Source: Nostoc sp.
GTDB taxonomy: Bacteria > Cyanobacteriota > Cyanobacteriia > Cyanobacteriales > Nostocaceae
Length of the DNA stretch: 64,000 bases
Direction of reading: 5' to 3'
Assembly: GCA_036918135.1 (NCBI GenBank)
Contig: JBALDB010000039.1
Span: forward strand, 88,068-152,067
Each line of letters starts with the position of its first letter. The stretch's first letter is position 1. A program made the position numbers and the translations under genes. The notes beneath the pieces are model-generated. The model searched no databases, was not told the DNA's origin, and was given only the letters and a program-made list of their open reading frames with translations. This document shows, piece after piece, positions 52,376 through 61,700 of this stretch.

Positions 52376-53020
52376 ATGTTTGAAATTAAAGCACAAATGC
52401 TCACACAAGCAGTACAAAATTCAGACTTTCGCAGTCGTTTGATTGCTGATCCTCTAGTAGTTGCAGCAGAGAACGGATGGGATGTTCCTACTCAAATACA
52501 AATGACTGTAGTTGAGGAAACACCAAGTCATTACTACTTAGTGCTGCCAGCATTAGGCACTCAAAAAGATTTACTTGGTGAAGATTTGCTTGCTAATCAA
52601 ACAGCACAAATATCTGAAAATTCTTCTTTGGTAAGCTCAACAGCACACATACTTGAAATCGAAGTACAATTGCTTGCACGGGCAGCACAAGATTGTGACT
52701 TTCGCACTCGTTTGATTGCTGACCCTAAGACTGTGATGGCAGAGAAAGGTTTAAATTTTCCAACTGATATCCAAGTCAGTGTATTACAAGAAACTGCAAA
52801 TCATTACTATTTGGTGCTGCCAGCTTTAGACTTCTCTGAATTAGAAGTTAACAGAGAATTATCCGATGCAGAACTGGAATTAGTTGCAGGGGGAGCCAAT
52901 TCGCAGAATCACAGTTGGACAGGTTGTGCTTCTGGGCAAAGTGGTTGCGTTGCTACCAAGGGCTGTGATGAGGCTGGTCAAGCCGCAGAAATATTTTTTA
53001 TGGTAACAATGGCATTGTAG
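52376..53020 (+). CDS. NHLP-leader lanthipeptide precursor A3 (core ANSQNHSWTGCASGQSGCVATKGCDEAGQAAEIFFMVTMAL)
   Basis: As A1. Confidence 0.93.
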   Translation: MFEIKAQMLTQAVQNSDFRSRLIADPLVVAAENGWDVPTQIQMTVVEETPSHYYLVLPALGTQKDLLGEDLLANQTAQISENSSLVSSTAHILEIEVQLLARAAQDCDFRTRLIADPKTVMAEKGLNFPTDIQVSVLQETANHYYLVLPALDFSELEVNRELSDAELELVAGGANSQNHSWTGCASGQSGCVATKGCDEAGQAAEIFFMVTMAL

Positions 53021-53375
53021 CAACAGTGGCATTGGGATGACAATAATGACTGGCAAAAATGCTTTTGTTAATCATTGTCTCAGACAAAAACAAGTTTTGA
53101 TTTTCAAAAGTAGAAGGTTGTCTAAGAAGTTAAATACATCATCACTTCTATCAGAAAAAACTACTCTCTAAAAATCATAATTTACGCGGTTTTCGTTGAG
53201 ATGAGGTCTCAATCCCCATCCGAACATTCCCCTGCTCTGCCTCTGAATTCCTAATTATCTCAAAGGGTGCATATTTTGATTTCATTTCTCCCAATGAGTA
53301 ATACACAAGGCAGTCAAACAATTACCTTCAAACCAAACATCAAAAACAAACAACATCATTATTAGGAGACAGACA

Positions 53376-54011
53376 ATGTTTGAAATTAAAGCACAAATGC
53401 TCACCCAAGCAGTACAAGATTCACACTTTCGCAGTCGTTTGATTGCTAACCCTCTAGCAGTTGCAGCAGAGAATGGCTGGGATATTCCCACTCAAACACA
53501 AATGACTGTAGTTGAGGAAACACCAAGTCATTACTATCTAGTACTGCCAGCATTGCAACTATCAGCATTAGGCACTCAAAAAGATTTATTAGGTGAAGAT
53601 TTGATTGCTAATCAAACAGCACAAACACCTGAGAATTCTGATTTGGTAAGCCCGACAGCACACATACTTGAAATCGAAGTACAATTGCTTGCACGAGCAG
53701 CACAAGATTGTGACTTTCGCACTCGTTTGATTGCTGACCCCAAAACTGTGATGGCAGAAAAGGGATTGCATTTTCCAACTAATATCCAAGTCAGTGTATT
53801 ACAAGAAACTCCAGATCATTACTATCTGGTGCTGCCAGCTTTAGACTTCTCGGAATTAGAAGCTAACAGAGAATTATCCGATGCGGAACTGGAATTAGTC
53901 GCAGGCGGAGCCGATACGGATAATCGCAGTTGGACAGGCTGTGCTTCTGGGCAAAGTGGTTGCGTTGCTACTAGTGGCTGTAATCCTCATTGGCCAATGC
54001 CACCAGTTTAG
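53376..54011 (+). CDS. NHLP-leader lanthipeptide precursor A4 (core ADTDNRSWTGCASGQSGCVATSGCNPHWPMPPV)
   Basis: As A1; 5-aa insertion in the inter-domain linker. Confidence 0.93.
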   Translation: MFEIKAQMLTQAVQDSHFRSRLIANPLAVAAENGWDIPTQTQMTVVEETPSHYYLVLPALQLSALGTQKDLLGEDLIANQTAQTPENSDLVSPTAHILEIEVQLLARAAQDCDFRTRLIADPKTVMAEKGLHFPTNIQVSVLQETPDHYYLVLPALDFSELEANRELSDAELELVAGGADTDNRSWTGCASGQSGCVATSGCNPHWPMPPV

Positions 54012-54044
54012 TAGTACAAATCTTGTTAGTGGATAGGTTCGAGA

Positions 54045-54079
54045 ACAATGACTAACAAAAGCATTTTGTTAGTCATTGT
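54045..54079. terminator. Perfect 16-bp inverted repeat after precursor A4
   Basis: ACAATGACTAACAAAA-GCA-TTTTGTTAGTCATTGT; degenerate copies after A1 (about 51205-51245) and A3 (about 53045-53080). Confidence 0.6.
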
Positions 54080-54249
54080 CTGATGTCAAAGGTTTTCAAG
54101 CATTTTGATGAAACTGAACTATTCCAAATTATCTCAAAGGTTGCATATTCTGATTTCACCTTTCCCAAGGAGTGATACAGAAGGCAGTCAAACAGATCAC
54201 CTTCAAACCAAACATAAAAATAAACAAGATGTCTATTAGGAGACGGACA

Positions 54250-54858
54250 ATGTTTGAAATTAAAGCACAAATGCTCACCCAAGCAGTACAAGATTCACAC
54301 TTTCGCAGCCGTTTGATTGCTAACCCTCTAGCAGTTGCAGCAGAGAACGGATGGAATATTCCCACTCAAACACAAATCACTGTAGTTGAAGAAACACCAA
54401 GTCATTACTATCTAGTGCTGCCAGCATTAGGCGCTCAAAAAGATTTGAAAAATGAAGAATTGATTGCTAATCAAACAGCACAAACACCTGAGAATTCTGA
54501 TTTGGTAAGCTCAACAGCACACATACTTGAAATCGAAGTGCAATTGCTTGCACGAGCCGCGCAAGACTCAGACTTTCGCAATCGTTTGATTGCTAACCCC
54601 AAGACTGTGATGGCACAAAAGGGATTGCATTTTCCAACTAATATCCAAGTCAGTGTATTACAAGAAACTCCAGATCATTACTATCTGGTGCTGCCAGCTT
54701 TAGATTTCTCAGACCTAGAAGCTAACAGAGAATTATCCGATGCAGAACTGGAATTAGTCGCAGGGGGAGCCAATTCGCAGAATCACAGTTGGACAGGCTG
54801 TGCTTCCGGGCAAAGTGGTTGCGTTGCTACTGCCAATTGCCCTAGCAAAGGCGCTTGA
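54250..54858 (+). CDS. NHLP-leader lanthipeptide precursor A5 (core ANSQNHSWTGCASGQSGCVATANCPSKGA)
   Basis: As A1; start reassigned to ATG 54250. Confidence 0.93.
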   Translation: MFEIKAQMLTQAVQDSHFRSRLIANPLAVAAENGWNIPTQTQITVVEETPSHYYLVLPALGAQKDLKNEELIANQTAQTPENSDLVSSTAHILEIEVQLLARAAQDSDFRNRLIANPKTVMAQKGLHFPTNIQVSVLQETPDHYYLVLPALDFSDLEANRELSDAELELVAGGANSQNHSWTGCASGQSGCVATANCPSKGA

Positions 54859-55389
54859 CTATCAAAACCTCGCAGTCTTAACCGACCCCAAAAATAGTTT
54901 TCAGTCGAAACCATAGTAGTTTCGGACAAAGAACATCGATGATAACCACTTTCTTGTTTCCATTGTTTGCGTCCAACTTCACTTATGCGATGAGTAGAAG
55001 GGTGTCTCAGAAGTTAGATATATCATGCCTTCTACTTAGAAAAACCTACTGTGTAAAAATTGGAATTTTCGCGGTTTTCGTTCAAATGGGGTCTGAATCC
55101 CCATCCGAATATTCCTCTGCCCCCTGCTTCCTGCCTTCTTCCACTAGACAAAAAATCTAACCAAAATGGCACCAGGAGTGTGCCCTATTGTCGCTCGGCA
55201 AGCTTTCTGGAAGTGGGGGAGTTTTAATTGCTTGATGTCAGAGGCTTTCAAGCATTTTGATGGAACTGAACTATTCCTAATTATCTCAAAAGTTGCATAT
55301 TTTGATTTCAGTTCTCCCAAGGATTAATACAGAAGGCAATCAAACGATTACCTCAAACCAAATCCATTTCTCATCTAAATCTAAAATAT

Positions 55390-56370
55390 ATGCCTAACCC
55401 AAATTTGACAGACAGTAAAACCAATCCAATTGTATATGCGCCTACGCAGACTGAGCCAGCAAACAAATATGCAAATTACTCACAAGCGAGTTCAGCGTTT
55501 GACAGTTCTGAGGTAGATAAGTTCTCCCTGAACAGCGATTATAACCTCGCAACCGAGCAAATCGATAACTTTCAGCAGGATGGACATTTGTTGCTGCGTA
55601 GTGTAGTTTCTCCAAAAGAAATAGCTCTCTACAGACCTGCGTTAGTAGAGACGGTTGACCGCTACGATCGCGAACAGCAGGCGATGGAAAAGACTGTTAG
55701 CGGTCAAAGTCAAGGATGGAAGTTTGTTGAGAACCTTTACCAACTCGATTCAGTTGCCCAACGCTTTATTTTAGCACGTCGATTTGGCAAGATTGCTGCC
55801 GATTTATTAGGAGTTGATGCTGTCCGCTTATTCCGCGACCAATCTTATTTCAAAAAACCGGGAGGCGGCAATACACCGTGGCATCAAGACGGTTACTTTA
55901 TGCCCCTAGATACAACTCAGATAGTCACAATGTGGATTGCTCTGTCAGATGTTTCCCCAGAAATGGCACCAATGACTTTTGTTACTGGTTCTCACAAACA
56001 GGGATATATAGGGGCTTCAATGCCGCTAGATGAGTCAATGGATGAGTTTGAGCAATCCATTACCAAATCGGGGTTTCAACTTATAAATTATGGAGCAATG
56101 GCAGCCGGAGATGCAAGCTTCCATTCTGGCTGGACGCTGCACGGTTCCCGGAAGAACACAAGCGATCGCACCCGTGAAGCCTTAGTAATTGTTTATTACG
56201 CCGATGGCGCAAGGGTAACAATGCCCCCTGTACCCGCCAATGCTCTACCGCAGGAGCAGTTTGCCGCCGTGATTCGCCAACGCAACTTATCTACCTGTTT
56301 GCCAGGATTGAAGCCTGGAGACTTGGCTGAAACATCAATGAATCCAATTGTTTACCGGAGAACGACTTGA
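55390..56370 (+). CDS. PhyH-family Fe(II)/2-oxoglutarate dioxygenase (RiPP tailoring candidate)
   Basis: KKPGGGNTPWHQD, TMWIAL, GSH, FHSGWTLHGS..N.S...R motifs (HxD...H triad and Arg). Confidence 0.9.
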   Translation: MPNPNLTDSKTNPIVYAPTQTEPANKYANYSQASSAFDSSEVDKFSLNSDYNLATEQIDNFQQDGHLLLRSVVSPKEIALYRPALVETVDRYDREQQAMEKTVSGQSQGWKFVENLYQLDSVAQRFILARRFGKIAADLLGVDAVRLFRDQSYFKKPGGGNTPWHQDGYFMPLDTTQIVTMWIALSDVSPEMAPMTFVTGSHKQGYIGASMPLDESMDEFEQSITKSGFQLINYGAMAAGDASFHSGWTLHGSRKNTSDRTREALVIVYYADGARVTMPPVPANALPQEQFAAVIRQRNLSTCLPGLKPGDLAETSMNPIVYRRTT

Positions 56371-56462
56371 ATTATTTTTCCCATCTCAAATCAGGCCAAC
56401 CAGCAATCTCCGAAACCAATCCCATCATTTACACCCATTCTTAAATCATCTTTGTTTTTATT

Positions 56463-58625
56463 ATGGTTTATCAACGCACCCATACCTGGCTGTACTCTTT
56501 AAAAGATTCTCTGCAACCCCTCAAGTCGCATCTCACTCCCCTAGTCTGTCCACAAGCGATAGAACAACTCGACTCTGTAAGCAGTTACTTTCCAGATGCG
56601 ATCGCTTCCACTTATGGCTTTGAATATCGCCTACAACCTTCTGCTCCAGTAGTTGACTTTGCTTTTCAAGTTACCGAAACAGGTCGGGATATTTTAGCAG
56701 GCTTAAACCCCCATATACGTCTGTCGGAGGACTTTGGCAGGCATCCCGTTTGGCAACAAATTCAGAAGTTCTGCGCCGAATGGGCAGATCCATCTTCCTT
56801 ACTTCATTACTTCATTGGCGATCTTTGGTTAGAGTTTGATTCAAAGCCGGATGGCGATACTAATACAAATAATATCCCCATACCTGGGTTATTTTTCAGA
56901 CTGACTAGCCCGCCAGACAATTCCGGAATCTCCTTCAACTACTCCTGGATTTGGGAGCAAGCTATGCCTTTATTGTTAGGCGCACCCCTACCTCCCGGCT
57001 TACAGAAAAAATTCATCGACTGTATCAAGCGCTTACCTCCCCGAACCAGCATTTTTCAGGTTGGGATGATGTTTTCCCGAACGGTAGAAGCGATAAGACT
57101 CTGCCTTGTCGGCTCTCCCTCGGAATTGCTGCCATACCTGAGTGAAATAGGCTGGACGGGACAGCTTGCGGAGGTAGAAAAACACGTCAACTCCCTTTCT
57201 CCCTACGTCGATGGCATTCTCCTCGACATTGATATTGGCGAACAAATCTACCCCCGAATTGGCATTGAAGGAATTTTTCTCACCCGCTACCAAGCCTGCG
57301 TCAATGGACAATGGGAATCGCTGCTAGATTATCTCACTTCCCAAGGTTTGTGTGCAAAAGAAACCAGGGATGCTTTGCTCAAATATTCTGGCTATACCCT
57401 AGCAAAGCCTCTGCAAGAGCGCATTTACGTCCGGGGGTTGAACCATATCAAACTCATTTATCAATCAGGGCAACCTCTAGCGACCAAAATTTATTTTGGT
57501 GCAATGCACCAACCTCTCAGCAAAATACCTGCACGTTCTGCTAGCACGGTAAATGCAAAGATTACAGAGGACGCGACCAAGCAAGAACGTAGCGATGCGG
57601 GGATAGTTTCCTTGCTATCTTCCCCTATCGAATCAGCCGTTACTTTTTTGCTAACTGCACGAGATTCCCAGGGGTGGTGGATGGATTTTCAGCTAGCAGC
57701 TGGCTTGAGCGATGAATGGGTGACAGGTTATGTAGGAACAATGTTAGCGAATATACCTGATATTCGTGTACCTGAAGCTGTTTCCACAGCTTGGAATCTG
57801 CTCAATAGTCGTCGCCATCGCGCCAATGGCAAATGGGGCTACAATCGCTTTCCTCCTGGTGATGCAGACAGTACTGGCTGGGTACTCCAGCTTGCCCACG
57901 CTATTGGTGAAAATAATTCCGAACGAGCGCGTCAAGCGATGCAATCCCTAGCAGCCCATCAGCGACCAGATGGAGGCATTTGCACCTATGAAAGTGAGGA
58001 ATCGATTCGCGCTTTTATTCATGCTTCGCCGGAAATAGGATTTGCGGGTTGGTGCGGTTCGCATACTTGCGTGAGTGCAGCAATTGCAGCTCTACCCAAA
58101 TACCGCTTTCAGCTTCAGGATTATTTGCAATCAACTCAGCAAAATGATGGTAGCTGGCTGGCTTACTGGTGGCAAGATCCCGAATATGCAACAGCTCTAG
58201 CGGCTGAGGCTATTGCTGCTTGTTATCCAGATTCTGACTGTATTACCAACGCCGTAGCATGGGGGATGAACCGCCTTAGTTCTCAAGGATTTGTCGCAAC
58301 TAGTGACAACCCCTCTGGTTCGCCGTTTGCAACAGCTTGGTGCTTGCGACTCCTGACACTGAGACGGCAAGATACCGCAGTAGAGGCAGCGATCGCCAAA
58401 GCAACCGATTGGTTATTAGCACAACAACAACCCAATGGTTCCTGGATTTCCTCAGCCCGACTGCTAGTTCCATTACCGGATGACCTAAATCCCAATAAGT
58501 TTAACCAGTGGATTTACCACGGTACAATTCAAGGCAGTCTGGTGTTTGACAAGCATTGCGTCTTCACCACTGCCACCGTATTGCAAGCCCTACATCGTAA
58601 TACTTTGTCACAGCAACTTAGCTAA
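56463..58625 (+). CDS. Two-domain maturase: putative prenyltransferase (N) fused to class II terpene cyclase-like alpha/alpha barrel (C)
   Basis: C-half has QW-type repeats (HQRPDGG, QQNDGSW, QQPNGSW) and DADST acid motif; N-half (FEYRL, LWLEFD, RIGIE, HIKL, KIYF) tentatively an aromatic prenyltransferase barrel. Confidence 0.72.
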   Translation: MVYQRTHTWLYSLKDSLQPLKSHLTPLVCPQAIEQLDSVSSYFPDAIASTYGFEYRLQPSAPVVDFAFQVTETGRDILAGLNPHIRLSEDFGRHPVWQQIQKFCAEWADPSSLLHYFIGDLWLEFDSKPDGDTNTNNIPIPGLFFRLTSPPDNSGISFNYSWIWEQAMPLLLGAPLPPGLQKKFIDCIKRLPPRTSIFQVGMMFSRTVEAIRLCLVGSPSELLPYLSEIGWTGQLAEVEKHVNSLSPYVDGILLDIDIGEQIYPRIGIEGIFLTRYQACVNGQWESLLDYLTSQGLCAKETRDALLKYSGYTLAKPLQERIYVRGLNHIKLIYQSGQPLATKIYFGAMHQPLSKIPARSASTVNAKITEDATKQERSDAGIVSLLSSPIESAVTFLLTARDSQGWWMDFQLAAGLSDEWVTGYVGTMLANIPDIRVPEAVSTAWNLLNSRRHRANGKWGYNRFPPGDADSTGWVLQLAHAIGENNSERARQAMQSLAAHQRPDGGICTYESEESIRAFIHASPEIGFAGWCGSHTCVSAAIAALPKYRFQLQDYLQSTQQNDGSWLAYWWQDPEYATALAAEAIAACYPDSDCITNAVAWGMNRLSSQGFVATSDNPSGSPFATAWCLRLLTLRRQDTAVEAAIAKATDWLLAQQQPNGSWISSARLLVPLPDDLNPNKFNQWIYHGTIQGSLVFDKHCVFTTATVLQALHRNTLSQQLS

Positions 58626-58717
58626 GTTCATGGTAAGAAAATAAATTCTTCCCCCCCTGCCTCCCTTCACCCGCCATTTTTGTGTTGATAAACCAGTAAT
58701 TTATTTGGGAACTCAAA

Positions 58718-61700
58718 ATGAACGCAGTTATTTCTAGTATCTCTACACACCAGTTGCCTGCGATCGCCAACCCCGTTATTTCCACAGCCCAGTTACACAG
58801 CATCGTTAGCTGCGCTAGCAGCCTGTTTGAACGACTCGATCCTCAGATGTTTTCCCCCTCCGCCGAAATTGATGAAAAACTCTTGCAATCGCGTCTTGAT
58901 ACCTGGTGTCAGACAGTAGCAAAAGGGAATTTCGAGCATTTTCAACAATACTTGCAATGGGATGGGCTGAATTTAGAGACAGCAAAAGCCGCGATCGCAC
59001 CTGTATCTCTGCGGCAGGATGCTCCCCTACCCAACTGGGCCAAGACGCTTTCATCTGTTCTCAATCTTGCCTTTGCTCAGGCAGCCACAAATCCTGATGC
59101 GACGACTTCACAGCGCTTTTTGATTCCTCAGTCTCCCCTCCCCTTTGAGGAAATTCTCGCCCCATTTGTTCTATTCGCCCAACAACAACTGATTGCTAGA
59201 ACTGGCGAGGGTTACCAGAAATTAACCGATGAGGTTCATGGTGTGTTCGAGCGCAGCTTGCTCGGTCAGCTAATTGATATGGCCACACAGCCTTTACAGA
59301 TAGCTTTTACCAGTTGGCGAGTCGGTCAACAATCCTCTTTTACCCGTCTACTGACACAGACACAAGAACTCCAAACCCGCAACCTCTATGTCAGGTTTGT
59401 TCGGGACATGTTGCAAAGCAAACTAACTTCTTTTTTTGTAGAATATGCTGCCCTAGCAAGGCTACTGGCTACGGCAACCGAGCTTTGGGTGGAATCCCAG
59501 TTGGAATTTCTGCATCACTTGGACGCAGATTGGTCAGAGATTGCAGAGAAATTTAACAATGGTGAACCTCTCGGTCAGGTTACATCGGTACAGCCTCTGC
59601 GATCCGATCCCCATCGGGGCAGACGCTCTGTAATTACACTGAAAATTGAGCCAAATCTGCACTTAGTTTACAAACCCAAGCATTTAGGCACTGAACAGGC
59701 GTACAATCAGCTTTTGGCTTGGTTAAACGAACAGGGTTCTCCTCTGCCTCTAAAAACCTTGCAAGTAATTAACCGCGATAGTCACGGCTGGGTAGAGTTT
59801 GTCGCCTCGCAAGCCTGTGAAAATACAGCCCAAATAGAACGCCATTACCAACGGGCAGGGATGTTACTTTGTCTGGTTTACGTGCTAGATGCTACCGACT
59901 GTCACTACGAAAATATCATTGCCTCTGGAGAACATCCAGTTCTGATTGATACCGAAACTCTGATGCAGCATCGACCTGAAATTGAGTCATTGAGAAACTT
60001 GCAGACTGCTCAACAAGTTGCATTACATCGCGTAGATAATTCAGTGATGCGTACTGCTCTATTGCCTGTTTGGCATCCAGCAGCCAATGGTAACTCCGGC
60101 TTTGATTTTAGCGGGTTGGGCAGCCACAACCAAGAGGCTAGGCATTATAAAGGACTCCAGTGGTCTGGTGTGAATACAGACCAGATGGCTTTAAATCAAA
60201 AGTTGCTGACTATCGATCCATTTTTAGCTCATGTGCCAACCTTAAATGGACAACCTACCAATTTATCAGACTGGATCGAGGCAGTAGTGGAAGGATTTGA
60301 GCAGATGTATCACTTCTTGCAAGAGAAACAAGATGTGCTACTCTCCGAAGATAGCCCCCTTTGGACAATGGCAAAACAACTTGTCCGCTTTGTGTTTCGT
60401 CCGACAAACACTTATTTTAGAATCTTAAGCAAGCTCCGTGGTTCAGAATACTTGCGGGATGGAGTTGACCGCGGTATTGGATTGGAAGTCCTGAAGTTAA
60501 CAGCAGCAGGCGCAACTGAAAAACCAAAATTCTGGTCTCTTCTCCAGGCTGAACGACAACAAATGGAGCAGTTGGATATTCCTTTTTTCTCAATTTATCC
60601 GAATACAGATGTGTTGGAGTTATCGCCAGATCATCACCTTGAGGGATTTTTCCAAGGTTCTAGCTTTGAGTTGGTACTAGAGCGGATCGAAAACCTGAGC
60701 AAATCTGACTTGGCGATACAAATTGATTTTATCCGCAGCACTCTCTATTTGAGAATGATTCCCGGTCAAGAAATTGCTGTACCTGAAAAACATGCCAATC
60801 AAACCTCTCCAAACGTGCAGCAATCGTCTGAGGCGGTGCTGGATGAGTCAGATTTGGTTTCTGAGGTAATGGCAATTGCCCGCAGATTAAAGGAGCGAGC
60901 AATTTGCGCTCCCGATGGATCTGTAACTTGGCTTGCTCCTCAGTTTATCGCTCAACAACAGCGATTCCAGTATCAACCCACTGGGGTCAGCCTTTTCGAT
61001 GGCAAACTAGGAATTGCATTATTTCTGGCAGCGGTAGAGCATATTAAAAAAAATGGAGAGTTTCGAGAACTGTGTTTGGGAGCGTTGCAGGAGTTTCGTC
61101 AGGGGTTATCCCAATGCGAACAGCCAACAGCTGAATTCTCGAATCTGAATCTTGGTTTAGCAGCTGGACTGGGAGGATGGATTTACAGCCTGACTAAAAT
61201 CGGTCAGTTTCTTAATGACGATTGCTTGCTTGCAGATGCTGTGAATTTAGCGCATTCGATAGTACCAGAGGCAATTACTAGCGATCGCGATCTGGATATC
61301 GCTGGAGGTACAGCAGGTACGCTTTTGAGTCTATTGGCATTGTACCAAGTTGTTCCCGACCCAATTGTGCTGGAACGTGCCTGCCTGATTGGTCGTCATT
61401 TATTAGCCCAAAGTGTAATAACTTCCAACGGCAGAGCTTGGAAAACGCTGGATGGTCGATTGTTAACAGGCTTTTCCCACGGAGCAGGTGGAATTGCCTA
61501 CGCCCTGCTCAAACTGGCACAGGTGACGAATGATGCTGAGTTTCAGGTGGCTGCGGCAGAAGCGATCGCCTACGAACAGGGTGTGTTTTTACCAGAGGTA
61601 GGCAACTGGCCCGATTTAAGAGACTTTTCTAAATTTCTCCAAGCAACTAGCAAATCCGAATCTTCTTCACTTATGTCTAGCTGGTGTCATGGAGCAACTG

